Positions 36,220-49,096 of a stretch of DNA of 64,000 nucleotides are shown in pieces (the stretch's first letter is position 1; every line of letters begins with the position of its first letter). Both the position numbers and the translations under genes were made by a program. Source of the stretch: Podarcis cretensis (Eukaryota); NCBI GenBank assembly GCA_951804945.1, contig OX638154.1:79112001-79176000 (forward strand), given 5' to 3'. The notes under the pieces were generated by a model. It saw only the letters and a program-made list of their open reading frames with translations. It was not told where the DNA came from and ran no database searches.

Positions 36220-37052
36220 ACTGGGCCAGCGAAAATGTGGGCTGAGAAATAAATGGAAGGGGGGCGGATTGGAGGGTCATCCTGTTTGAAGAATCAAATA
36301 CATTTCCTATCATCCGTTGCCCCAACCTGCCTGCCCTCCTTGCATAGGTGGCCGCGGCTGTATAATTGATGCTGCGATGTAGTCTGAAGGATTCTGTCGA
36401 GATTGACAGGACGGATGCCACTCAGCCCTAGCTTTTGGGCCATTGCCTCACTGTCAGAAGTGACACTTTCACGAGCTCATTTATTGCATTGTTGCTCCCC
36501 TAAGTGATTGCCAATGATGGGATTTATAGGTGCGTGTTCAGAGTGGCTAGATGAGATGGGCTTTCTCTTCTCTTCTCCATCCCCCCCCCCCCCGCCACCT
36601 CCACCTTCACTTGTATTAATTCCAGAGTTACTGCCAATGAATAGTTGTATCCAGATTGATGGGCAGTGTACTATAATTGCCTGTCAGAGACATGGACCAC
36701 TTGATGCTGGAAGCTGGACTTTGATGGAGGCGCTACAGGGGAGGCGAGGAGGGCAAAACTGTAATTGACAACATTGCAGCCCTGCTTGCATCTGCTTATT
36801 TCTTTGCAGATAAGCTGTTTGTGTTAACTTGAGCATTTTTTTAAATGAAAAAAACCACAAAAACCCAGCACCTTACATTTTGCTATCTACAATTCCCCCA
36901 CCGCTGGACTTAATTATAGGATTATAATTGCCAATTAAGCGATAAGTCTTGTATTCCTGGGTCACTGTGCATGAATCTGATGCAATGTGCATGGGGGTGG
37001 GGGAGAGAGAAAGAGAATCAGACCGAATGCACTCTCCAATATTTCTAAGTCA

Positions 37053-37797
37053 TTGCGTGGCGAGTTCCCGCCCCCTCCCAGGAAGAAATAAAGACACAGG
37101 ACACCAGGTATTAAGGTTAATGGGCAAAATAGGCCACAACTTTATTGATTACAGGAATGAGCGGTATTGGCTTAGGCATTGGCCCTTTCAACTAGCCGGC
37201 TTCAGCCCGATTGCAAGGGTTAACCACCAGTAGAGGGAGTCCTGCTGAACTCCCCCGGAGTCACCGCTTGGGGGCCCACACCTCCATAGGTTTCGGACAG
37301 GGCAAGTCCTTTATCGGACTACCCTTTTCTGTGGGGGGAGGTGATGGTGCTTCCCTCCCCCCCCTTCTCATCCACTTAACCCTCCCTTGCCAATGCCTAA
37401 CTGCCAATGCCATGGAGTTGTGACGAGTTGCTACGAGGTAGGCGAAAAACCAATTGGCTGTATATGCCAATTACCAATTGGAAAAAAATCCTACCAGGCC
37501 CCGAGGCGACCAACCAAAGTCCATAGCAAGTCAAGGAGCCTACCTAAAGGGAGGGAGGGTGGGAAACTGATCAGCTGGCTGGCGCGGATGCAAAGAGGGG
37601 GAGCTTCGGCCGCGCCAGCTCTAAATAGGGCAGGCCATGCTTCCTTTCTCAGCCAGCTGATTGGCTGGCTGAGAGTGTGATGCGGCCGAGGATTCCCCTA
37701 TTCTCGCAGGGGCTGGGCATGAAGCCTGCAACCCCACCTCCTCCCAAGCTCGGAAGTGGCTTTCTCAGCTAATCTGGTTTTTCGTTGAGAACCGGTG
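37053..37797 (-). mobile_element. non-autonomous LTR-like element, possibly DIRS/Ngaro (tyrosine-recombinase) type
   Basis: GC/CpG-rich; minus strand carries CAATGCCTAAGCCAATACCGCTCA...AATAAAGTTGTGGCC and ends GCCACGCAA; no TSD or TG..CA ends seen; related to 38967-39991; 5' boundary approximate. Confidence 0.55.
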
Positions 37798-38966
37798 TGC
37801 TTAGATGATCTGACCAAGATGGAGGAAACTCAGCCATTGCACTTCTTGGGTGCTTTGGGGCGAATTGCCATTGTTCACTGGGTTGTTGGGAGGGTAAAAT
37901 GGAATACGGAAGAACCATCTATGGTGCCTTGAGATCCTTGAAAGAAAAGTGGAATATAAAATGTGCAACATAAAGAAATACAAGGGCTGTGCATGGAACC
38001 CTCAACCGACCTTGTATCTATACTTTTTTCCCCCTATCCAGGGGTAGCGTATCCTGTTTTGCCACCAGCAGAGAAGCAAAGCTGGCATTAGCACCTATTT
38101 CAGGTGAGATTCCTGAGGTCTCAGTGCTCCACAAGATGTTGCATGATTTTGGCGAGATCTTGATGGTAATCAGCGCGATCGTGTCCAAAACTGGCTCCAC
38201 TGCCAGAACTGCTTCCCCATGGGTGGTGGAGGTGGCAGGGCAGGTGGGGCACCCATGGGGGGGGGGGGGCTCATCCCACCTAATGGCTGCACTGCCCCCC
38301 CCTCTCCATCTGTTAATTTCTGATCTCTTTCTTTGTTGTTCTCTCTGCTTCGATTTGTGATTCGCATTTTGAGGCACTCGTCGTAAAATGAAGCTGTTTG
38401 TTGCCTATTCAATCTTACAAGGAATCCTTAAAATTACTATCATTTCCCCCCTTTTGCCAGAATCAGAAGCTTACAGGCTCAGGAGCCCCTCCAGAGTGGA
38501 TTAAAGCTGCCAAATTGCAGGTTCAGGGATTTATTTATTTTTGGGAGGGAGGAGAAGTAAAAGGAAGCCACTTTCCTCCATAACCTATATTAAGGCAATA
38601 CTTTTATTAAGCTGACTGAAAGTCCAAACTCCATATTAGTTTCATATTTTTAAGGGGAGGAGTGAGGGTTTCTCTCTTGCTCTTCTATTCCTTAGAAATA
38701 ATTAAAAAGTCTTTGCGTGTACTTAAATAAAACAAAACATTAGCAGCTTCTCACTAGCTGTCTTAGAATTTTGGTATTTGCTGTGTTGGGAAGGCATGCC
38801 CTCCAAAAGGCATTGCAATTGGAGGCTCCCCTTAGTATTGCCTTCAAAATGTTGAAGAGCTCTGGAGTTTTTCTTTTTTCTCAAATAGAGCGGTCATCTT
38901 TAACAGGGGTGAGGTGAGGAATCATCCAATGCTTTTCAGAATTTTGCTAAATCCGCTCCATCTCAC

Positions 38967-39991
38967 TGTGGGGCGAAGTTGCAGTGGACTGCATGGCCAC
39001 CTCCTCTCTCTGGGGGCGGGGGACGAAGTCCTGCGTTGCCCAGGGATCCCAGCCACATCAGCCACCAACTGGCCAATCCGCTGGCTGCTGGGGGCGTGGT
39101 CGGGACTGTTAAAATCTCAGGCGCGAGCCAGGGGGCTTTCTCTTGGCTCGCTTCTTCCATATCCCATCCTATTTGCAGGTTTTCTTCCTTGGCCTTGCTA
39201 TGGACCTCGGTTGGTCGCTGCTGAGGGGCCAGGTTGGAATTTTTCCACTTGGCAAAATTGGTATGGGGCCATTTAGTTTTCGCCTACCTCATAGCAATCA
39301 TCACAACTTTGTAAGGTTGGCGGATACGCATTGTTTGACCTTATGAAGGGGAGGGGAGGTGTGGCCATCACCTGCCCCTCCAAGCTTAAGGGTATTCCAT
39401 TAAAGGAATCCAGGGGTGTGAATCCTGTCCGAAGCCCGGGGTGGGGCTAGGGTCAAGAGAGCCAGTGTGGTGTAGTGGTTAAGAGCGGTAGTCTCGTAAT
39501 CTGGGGAACTGGGTTCGCATCTCCGCTCCTCCACTTGCAGCTGCTGGGTGACCTTGGGCTAGTCACATTTCTTTGAAGTCTCTCAGCCCCACTCACCTCA
39601 CAGAGTGTTTGTTGTGGGGGAGGAAGGGAAAGGAGAATGTTAGCCGCTTTGAGACACCTTCGGGTAGTGATAAAGCGGGATATCAAATCCAAACTCTTCT
39701 TCTCTTCTTCAAGACATGACCCCATCAGGAACACCTGGGGGAGCTCGAGTTGGTCTGCATTGATAGGGCTTCCCCTTCTGGTGGTTTACCCTTACTGGAC
39801 TCCCTGCGCAATGGGCAGGAGACAGATATAGTCGGGTCCATTCAATGCCTAAGCCAATACCGCTCACATTCTGTAATCAATAAAGTTGTGGCCAAAATTT
39901 GCTCAATAACAATTAACCTCATTTCTGTGTCCTAGTGTGTTGATTTGCTTATAGCTCAACGAGGGGGTGGTTGCGGGGTCTAGACATGCAA
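38967..39991 (+). mobile_element. related LTR-like or DIRS-like element containing a SINE
   Basis: same ~50-bp block at 39843-39893; ends ACATGCAA; 5' boundary approximate. Confidence 0.55.
39457..39710 (+). mobile_element. Squam3-like tRNA-derived SINE, full length
   Basis: GAGAGCCAGTGTGGTGTAGTGGTTAAGAG head with A and B boxes, L2-type AGCCGCTTTGAG...AAAGCGGGATAT end, (CTT)n tail. Confidence 0.88.
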
Positions 39992-40011
39992 GAGTATTTC
40001 AATAGCTTCAC

Positions 40012-40600
40012 TGTCAGGGACTGGTTGGATGAAGAGGAGCGATAGCAGGCACCAGCCGGAGACCCACCCCCCCACTAGGGAAGCCTCAGAGGAGGAAGAC
40101 CCAGAGCCTGGGGAGTGGTGGTGGGACACCGAGGACAGGTCAGAGGATGAAAGAGGGGGGCAGAATGGTGGGAGGCTGAAGAAGCAACAGGTTTGAGTGA
40201 GAGAGAAGAGCCAGATGCAGAAAGCAGTGCAGACTCAAGACATGAAGCAGAGAAGGAGGAGGCAGAGGTTATAGAAACATTCACAGAGCTTGCCTTTCCT
40301 ACTGTAGCAAGCTCCACTCCCCTTTGTCTCCAAGATCACAGAGAGCTTTCCATATAACAGAACAAACAGCCTGTGTGGCCCCTCCCTGTGTAGTTTAAGG
40401 CTGCTTGGGAGAAATCTGGCTGGGGAGGAGACTTAATGGGAAGTAGAAGGCAAAGACCTTCAGTATGGCAACTGTTTCACTGGGGCCAGTCCTCTTCGCA
40501 GGCATTGCTGCCTGGTATGCTGTTTCTTTGAAGAAAGAGCTGACTTTTCTGCTTGTCTCTGCATCTCGAGTGCTGACCTGCATCTGAACCAGCCATGACA
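40012..40600 (+). mobile_element. solo LTR, TGTCAGGGACTGG family
   Basis: TGTCA...TGACA ends; perfect 5-bp TSD TTCAC (40007-40011, 40601-40605). Confidence 0.9.
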
Positions 40601-41938
40601 TTCACTTCTTGCAAAGTCCATGGATTACGAGCACAGAAACACAGAGACATAGAACCGACAGGGCTATGGTACAGAAAACCAGAGCAACACAGTGGCAGAT
40701 GACTTTGTGGGGGCCTTGATCTGATTAGGGGTGTTTGGTTGACTACAGGAGCATAAATATCATTCCTCATCACCATAGCTGTCAACTTTTCCCTTTTCTT
40801 GTGAGGAATCCTATTCGGAATAAGGGAATTTCCCTTTAAAAAAGGGAAACGTTGACAGCTATGCTCATCGCCCCAACTTGCCTCATTATTTGACCCCAGC
40901 ACAGAGCAATTGCACATGCCTAGGGAATATATTTTGTGGGAAAACCCTGCCCCTCCAAGAAAAGAACAGTAGGTTTGGGGGTTCAAAATGCAGAGTACTA
41001 TAGCTCCACTATATTACTTTCCCTGTGAACACAAAACTCCTCCCTAATCTTTGCAGAGATCTTATTTTCATTAATGACCACACTTTTTAAAAACTGTGGT
41101 TTTAGCATGATGTTTATTTTGCAGTACCTTGGAGAGCTTTGGTCACAGACACAATTAAAACACGAATTAAGTAGGATGCAAACTGAGCATGATTGCCGAT
41201 TTATGCCCAGCTCGCTGTCAGAGTCCAGCCGTGTATCTTTCTGAACTTTCCTTGCACTTGGGGTTGTAGTACCATGGGGGGGGGGGGAAAGCTGTGAAGT
41301 GTTCAGAGCCTTTTAGATTTCTTTTGGAATTTTAGTAGCTGTAGCACTAAGAGTTTGCCTTTTGGCCTTTGCTGAACGAATCAACCTTTCTGCTGGAAGT
41401 TCAAGTGCGGGAGACGTAATCTTTTACCAATGTATTCCTTTTGCGAGAGAAAGTCAAGGGAACATTATGTACGGCCAGCCCCACTGTTTCACTTTGCTAA
41501 GTGCATTCCGGAATTCTTGCTGTATTTATCAGAAGACACCAGCAATGCATTGCTTTTTGTAGCAAAATGGCAGGCTGCCGATCTTCTGCTTTTTTGTCTT
41601 ATTGTTTTAACATCTGGGAATCTCTGCAGAACTCTGCAAATCATTTCAAAAGAAAACATTGCTAAAGGAAATTAAGTATATTGAAAACAGCATGATTAGC
41701 AAGAGAATAAAATATTTTCATAAGTATTGAACATATCTGCTGCTGTTGCCGCCAGTGGTTCTCATCCTGCCATCCTTCCCAGCCTGCCATGATGGGTGGT
41801 AGCTGTGGATGATGACCTGGGTCTGCCCTAAGAGACAGCCTAGTGTGGGAAGGAAATACTAAGGAAATGGGACACCATGATGCATGGAATTTGCATGCCA
41901 GTTTGCATACACCTCCACTGTGCAAACATCTCCCATGG

Positions 41939-42068
41939 CAGGGTTTCCCAAACTCGGGTTTCTAACTGTTTGGGGACTACAGTTCCCATCATCCCTGACC
42001 ACTGGTCCTGCTAGCTAACGATGATGGGAGTCCAAGTACAGCTAGAGACCTAAGTCTGGGAAACCCTA
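41939..42068. mobile_element. palindromic hAT MITE (URR1-like)
   Basis: CAGGGTTTCCCA / TGGGAAACCCTA; TSD TCC(C/T)ATGG. Confidence 0.88.
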
Positions 42069-42341
42069 TCCTATGGTAACTCTGGGGATAGCCCAGGTGT
42101 CATACAGCTCTGTCTCTGTCTCATATTGTGTGTGTGTGTGTGTAGTAGGTGCTGATTCAGCTCATGTAAGACCCACTGTTCTCCTTCTCCACGTAAAACC
42201 AATCTACAACATCTCGGTGGCTATTCAAAACCCTTGAGCATGTTGCAGCATGAATTTAATGAGGAGCTACTGATCCACATCAGAAGAACTGGGCATGGTG
42301 ATCACAGCAGATGCTTTTGGTAGCAGCTATGGATGATGTCA

Positions 42342-42703
42342 GGGACGCAGGTGGCGCTGTGGGTTAAAGCCTCAGCGCCTAGGGCTTGCCGATCGAAAGG
42401 TCGGCGGTTCGAATCCCTGCGGCGGGGTGCGCTCCCGCTGCTCGGTCCCAGCGCCTGCCAACCTAGCAGTTCGAAAGCACCTCCGGGTGCAAGTAGATAA
42501 ATAGGGACCGCTTACCAGCGGGAAGGTAAACGGCGTTTCCATGTGCGGCTCTGGCTCTGGCCAGAGCAGCGATGTCACGCTGGCCACGTGACCCGGAAGT
42601 GTCTCCGGACAGCGCTGGCCCCTGGCCTCTTAAGTGAGATGGGCGCACAACCCCAGAGTCTGTCAAGACTGGCCCGTACGGGCAGGGGTACCTTTACCTT
42701 TAC
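42342..42703 (+). mobile_element. Sauria SINE (CpG-rich, young subfamily)
   Basis: perfect 15-bp TSD CTATGGATGATGTCA (42327-42341, 42704-42718); (ACCTTT)n tail. Confidence 0.95.
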
Positions 42704-44254
42704 CTATGGATGATGTCACCTGAGTTGCAGCTTGATGGGATATGTATGAGGAAGCAATTTGGACACATTTCCCCCCATACATTGGCCTGTAACTTTTTAT
42801 TTTACTGGATGTGGTTGACTAAGGTTTATCTGATGCCCTTTAAAATGAATGAATATACAGTAATAAAAAACAAGATTCACTGCGTCTTTCCTTTTCCCAG
42901 CAGTTGACAGTCACTTTGTTTGTAACACAAATGGCACACAGAACGAAAAGAGTCACGATATTCCTTTTGGCTACACTAACAGTATTCAGAATGGGATAAA
43001 AGTCGTTGCCTGTAAGGGAAAGGGCGGATCAAGGAGATAACCTAAATGTTTTTCTCGCTACAATCATGGCGCAGTTATTGAGCCATATATAGATGGGCAG
43101 CAAATCTGTTACGGAAGAGAAGTAGGTTGTCAAAAATACAACACCTAGGCTCCAGGTGCCATTGTTAGTTAACTCATTAGCTTTGCCATATTTCATAGTT
43201 TTGAAGGTGTAAATGCCACAGTTGATTGCCTCTTGTCTCAGCTTGCTTATCAAGAACTGCCTTGAATGGGTTTTATTAAGCAAAGGTAGAAGTGAAAGAT
43301 AGGATAAAGAGAGGGGGTCATGCCACCCTAATCTCTGCACCTTGCTTCCCCTGAATGTAAATAGGCAGGTATCTACGTACAGAGCAGAAGTACTGAAAGC
43401 CCTTTAAAGATAAGGAACCAGTTCTTTTGCTATCTTCTCCAGGTGCAGGTAGCAGATCTGATAATGAATCTATGCATGGCTCCAAATTGGAGGGCTTTCA
43501 TCTGATTTATTTATTTTTTTGGCCTTGGTTTTCAAAGCTACCGGTAACTGATTAACCACCTGCCCTTTTTAATGGATGAATTTAGGTGCAGTGCAATTGA
43601 GTTCAATGGGACTTGCTTCCTGGGCAAGCGTGTGTCGAATTTGAAGCTTCAATAGAAATGCATTTGCTTCTTCCCAATATAGATGCAGTTTTGACATACT
43701 GAGGAAGTGCCACTTAATAAAAGAGGCAAAACATCGCTATAAGGAAAGCCACATCCTAATGTGTTTCCTTGTTATAGTCATACAATTATACACCACAACC
43801 AACAGAGCCTCAAAGCAATAATGTGTGTGTGGAAAGTTTTTACTTACCAGATGAACGCACCTGTAATAGAAATTATGTATAGCATAGGTTCGCCTTTCCT
43901 GTTGCATACTGTGGAATGTGCTTAACCCACATCCCCCATGTACCCTTTCCCTTGCATGGGAAGATAGGCTACAGAGGATTGAGTGGATGAGACCAATAGT
44001 TGGTCCAATGGTCCAATGGTCAAGAAGGCAGTTTCTGCACATGCTGTTGAGGAAATGAGGGGCAGGTGGAGCTTGTCTGTCTCAGAAGGCTAAGGAGTAA
44101 ACCCTACACAAATCTGGAGTGGATTCCCTAAGAACAGTTGGATGGCGTCTTGCACGCCTCCTTCCAACCAAGCTGGTGCTCTGCTTTCCTTTTGATCACA
44201 TCAGTGAGGCCAAGGGGTTGTGTTCTTGTAATCCATGCAGCTCAGGACCTCAAT

Positions 44255-44530
44255 ATGGCTCAGGGCCTTCTCTGCAGTGGCTCCCCATCTGTGGAATGCT
44301 CTCCCCAGGGAAGTTCGCCTGGCGCCTTCATTATACACCTTTAGCCACCAGGCAAAAACAAGCCTTTGGCTGACCTGATAAACATCCTATACCGTTTTAA
44401 AATGTGGCTCTTTGGGGGAGGGTATTATTGGGTTATTGTTTTTATTTTAATTTTATATATTGCAATCTTTTTTTGTGAACCTCCCTGAGACCTCCGAATA
44501 TAGGGTGGTATATACCGTAAATTCAATAAA
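44255..44530 (+). mobile_element. older L2 3' fragment
   Basis: AGGGCCTTCTCTGCAGTGGCTCCCCATCTGTGGAATGCTCTCCCC (RAFSAVAPHLWNALP) plus GTGAACCTCCCTGAG...AGGGTGGTATA end. Confidence 0.75.
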
Positions 44531-44934
44531 AATATATTTTTAAAAAAACTTGATTAAAAGGATGCCAACCTGCCCTGATAATGCTCTGGGAAACTGTGGC
44601 AATTCCTAGGGACTCAGGTTGTTGATGCAGAAGAGATTTTGTGTGTGACTATTTAGAAATTGCTTGCCTAGCATGCAGCACATGGACAAATGTGCTCCAT
44701 GAAGATACATGCCCGTGCCACATGTAATACAAGTAGAACCCACCTGCGGAGGACTTGATGAAGGATTCCTGTTGAAAGCCCTCCCAGCGCCATAGGAATT
44801 TTTGCAATAGCTTTCCACTTAAGCAAGCTGTCAGGTCCATGCACAAGGGTGTTGATCAATGGATATTCACAAGGCACCAATTCATTATAAAACTCTTGTG
44901 CTTAGAAGTAGTTGCCATTTGTAAATGGCATTCA

Positions 44935-44938
<4 letters not shown>

Positions 44939-44981
<43 letters not shown>
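44939..44981. repeat. (TC)n microsatellite
   Basis: direct reading; a shorter (TC)n lies at 19799-19820. Confidence 0.95.
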
Positions 44982-44986
<5 letters not shown>

Positions 44987-45559
44987 AAAGGTAGGGGGCA
45001 TTTATCAAGCAGACATTTTCTCATGAACAAACCAGCAAAAGAAATTCTATATACTGTGTAATGTACTTCTGAAAGGAACACGAGCAGCAAGGAAACAGAT
45101 GGCCCCAACTTGGTCAGGTGAACAGCACCATAATAGGTCGCCTGAGGCAACGAAAGAGAGGGGGTACGTGGGTGGGGTGGGTGGTTGAAAAGCAGTAGAT
45201 GCTGCTCTATTTTTCAGAGATTCATTTCCCCATTGTCCTGTTACATTGCCTCAAAGGGCCAGCTGTTTTACCATTGCTTGCCTGAGCAAAAACTGGGTTA
45301 TAATGAGCCTGAAATGTCTGGATAATATATAGGCTTTAGCTATATAGTGCTTTGCATCTAGGAGGTCTAAGGTTCAGACTTGGGCATCTCCAGTCAAAAG
45401 ATCTTGAAGGTAGCAAGGTTAAACCCTGAAAGGTCCTGCCAGTCAGGGCAAACAGATACCCTGCTTATGATGCCAGTTCTGATCAGCAGATGCCCCACCT
45501 GGTTTCACTTCTCTGGGTTTTGGAAAAGAGCAAAATGAATTTATTCTGCTCTGCGGAAA

Positions 45560-46080
45560 GAGTGGCAGACGCAGTTGATGGACTATATGGAACTGGCTGA
45601 AATGACTGGCAGAATCCGAGATCTGGGAGAAGAGACAATGGAAGAGGACTGGAAGAAATTTAAGGACTATTTACAAAAACATTATAAGTTGTATGAATGT
45701 TAAGAATCTGCATGACTTGGAAATTTTAGCTCCTGCAATTAGATTAGGAAAATAGAAAGTTAAGTTATAAGTAAGAAAAAGTTGAAATTTAAAGTTATTT
45801 TATGTATTATCTTAAGGTATAAATATTTGACAAAAGGTACTTTAAATTTAGAAGTAAAACACTCTGAAAAATATAAATAAGATACGAAACAAGGTAATAA
45901 TTTGCTGATATGTTTATTGTAAAGAACGCAGGGTGAGGGAGATGTGGGGAAGTCCAGTTAGTAACCTAAAAATGTATTTTGAAAGTTGGATTGTTTTTCT
46001 TTCTTTCTTTTTTCTGGTTTGTCCTTCTTTTTCTTTTCTGTAAACTGAAAATGTAATAAAAATTTTAATTAAAAAAAATA
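45560..46080 (+). mobile_element. L1 LINE, 5'-truncated
   Basis: EWQTQLMDYMELAEMTGRIRDLGEETMEEDWKKFKDYLQKH (L1 ORF2 C-terminus), AATAAA plus A-tail; perfect 18-bp TSD TATTCTGCTCTGCGGAAA (45542-45559, 46081-46098). Confidence 0.92.
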
Positions 46081-46575
46081 TATTCTGCTCTGCGGAAATT
46101 CACATTTCCACAAAATTCACTTGGATCTGCGTAAAGGCAACATGCTGGATCAGGTGTTTGGGTGTGTGCTGTGTGTCCTGGAAAGCAGACACAAAGTTGA
46201 AGGTTGGTGCAGCTCAGAGATCTGAACTTCATTTCCACCCTGCTTCACCCTGTCCAAGGCCTCTAAGCTAGCAAGCAGCCAAGGGAAAGATCTCTCCTTC
46301 CTAATTTTGGAAACCTCCCTCTACTTCTGGAGTGAGCTCAGAACCTTTTGGAAAGGAGAACGTCCTGGGCCTGTTCTGGAAATGCTTTGGCAGCCATGGT
46401 TCTTGCACAGATGGGGGAGAACACTGCTTCCGTTCTATGTTTGAGCTGCCAGCAATATCTGTGGCAGGCTGCTGTGTCAGAAAGAGTGTTGGACTAGGTG
46501 GACCTTTCCCTTGGACTGTTCCAACAAGACAATTAGTAGCATTTTAAATTAGGACTCTGAATGAAGTGTACACAG

Positions 46576-46861
46576 AATAGAAAGATGGTAATGGAACATT
46601 ACTATTTTCATTTATCATCCTTTTCATTCGCACCATCCAATATTTCAGCAAGCAGAGGTTTAGGCAAGTGCTAATGAAAACTTTCATCAGAGCATAAGAG
46701 CTGTCTTGCTAGATCACACCTAACATCCATTACACCAAAAGTCAGCTATGGCCCAGCAGATGCCCTGTGGTAGTTCAAATATCTGCTGAAATGTTGACTG
46801 GAATGAATAAAATGGGTGCAAAATGAAAAAAGAGGTAATGTTCCATTAACATGTTTCTATT
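46576..46861. repeat. inverted-repeat element (old MITE-like)
   Basis: 27-bp arms 46576-46602 and 46835-46861 match at 25/27, with further inner symmetry. Confidence 0.65.
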
Positions 46862-48847
46862 TTCTTCATACTTTATGGGGGGGGGATTCCTAATATAAGA
46901 CAATAATGGCAATAGTCATTCTTTAATGTTTGCACCAATATGACTACAAGATTTGGTTTGGATCTTGAATCAGAAAATAAGAATAAGCTATAACCATTTT
47001 TCCTTTTGGCAGAAGTGCCTGAAATTTGCAGGTGTATCATCCCCTCCAGAGTGGATAAAGCATGAAAAAAAAAAAAGGTCCAGGGACTCTGGGAATGGCT
47101 ACGTTTAAAGTTAGGTTGTGGTTTTTTAAAGCAAATGTCTATAACTTTTAACAAAAAGTTATTTTGAGGCAAGATATTATGAAATTTGCAGGCAATGTCA
47201 CCTCTTCTAACACCATAAATCCTACTCAATTTCAGAAAGATAGCTGTAACAGTTTTTTAACAAGGGCCATGATTACAGTTTTGAGGTAGGTAAAAACAAA
47301 AACAACCTTAATCACCATTGATTTATGGGCAATTGTCCTGCAGCCATGAATAAGGTGAGCCTGCGTAAGAAATTTGTCAAATAAATCCAGACGCCTTTGA
47401 GCTAGGTAGCTTTAATGGGTCCCTGGGCAGGCGGGGAGGAGAGAACCAAAGGGATTCACTTTCTAGGTAAAACCATTCCCTCTGATTACTTTATTTGCTG
47501 TGCCTTGCAAAAGATCTGACTTTACCTGCTCGACTTGAGGCTCGGTTAAACAAATTCTCTCTTCAGATTTTCCATGCATCTGATAAGATCTGATTCAGTG
47601 GATAAGATCAGATTTTTGCAAGGCATAGCCATGGAACAACGATGAAAGCTCTTGGACCTTGGGGAATTAATTGGCACACAATACAGTCAAAATATGGATT
47701 GAGCAAAAGTGTGGAGGATCCTTTAATTGCTTGAATTCTTTATGTGGGTAGCACGAACAACAGAACCAGGTAATGAAGCACAATGTTTATTTTGATACAT
47801 TTCTAAATGTATCTTGGGGAGAAACGAACTGAAACCCAGATACTTCTTTCTGTGAGCACCTATTTATGTGCTACAATGACTTCCTTTTCAGTGCCCCCTC
47901 CCTCTGGAGACGAGGCTGGGTGCCCCCCTCCTTCCTTCTTTTGGTCAATTGAGTATGGCACAAGGGTAATAAGCAGTCTAATAGATGCTGTAAACCACCC
48001 CTTTTTAATGCATAATGTAATTGAGTCAGAAAATAGTGCCTATGCTGATAGTATCCCTGGTGCTTTAAGGGCTGGAATTATGATTAGACAGAAGCAGATA
48101 ATGCTGACTTCTAATACATTAAGCTGCAACATTATACAATTTGCCTTCCGCGGTGCAGTCACTTTTCACTGCTTTTGAATTATGTAGCGCCATCTTAAAC
48201 GAGTTTATTATTGTACTGCAACAGAATGCTAAATCCTAGTAAGGGCTCTGCTATTGTCGTCAGGTGAACCGTACACAGGCTATGTTTCTAGGAGCCATTT
48301 GTGATGCTTAGATATTTCTGCCAACCTTGGGCTGCATTTGAAACACGGGGTGTGGGATATGTGGGCAGAAGGTGCCACCAAGGGGGTGATTAGGAGCGGG
48401 GAAATACCATTCACGATTCCCTTCTCCCCACACTTCTCCATTCTAAACCACCTCTGCTGTAAAGCAGCAGTAATGGCTGTTGCCTATTGTGGCTGGTCGG
48501 AAGGGAAGCAAGGCGGCCAGCAGTAGGCGGAGTTAGAGCTCATCATGGGCGGAGCCAACAAATTATAGTTTTGTCTCCTTCTCCCTGATGAGTTCTACAA
48601 AACAACACGGAGGCTGAGGAGGAGGAAGCCGGTGACACCCCAATGGGGGCTGTTTCAGAGTAAGAAGAGATACAGATGGGGTCTGGATGAGGGCAGACTG
48701 AGGTTTGTGAGGCAGTGCCCCATTTGCCCTAATAGACCATTCTCTACCGCAAAACAGATTTTTTTTTAAAAATGACGACACTGTAACACACGTTAATAAG
48801 AGTAACATGTAGCTCTCCTTTAATCTGCAGCTGTGATCCAGACAATT

Positions 48848-49096
48848 AGAAGAAGAGTTTGGAAGAGTTTGGATTTGATATCGCGAAGGAGTTTCAAAGC
48901 GGCTAACAATCTCCTTTCCCTTCCTCCCCCCACAACAAACACTCTGTGAGGTGAGTGGGGCTTCAGAGAAGTGTGACTTCAGAGAGAGTGTGATTGGCCC
49001 AAGGTCACCCAGCAGCTGCATGTGGAGGAGTGGGGAATCGAACCTAGTTCACCAGATTACAAGTCCACCACTCTTAACCACTACACCACACTGGCT
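48848..49096 (-). mobile_element. Squam3-like SINE
   Basis: reverse complement of 39457-39710. Confidence 0.88.

Noticed and set aside
40824-40833. Isolated NF-kB motif GGGAATTTCC
   Set aside because: A single 10-mer without promoter context; not distinguishable from chance
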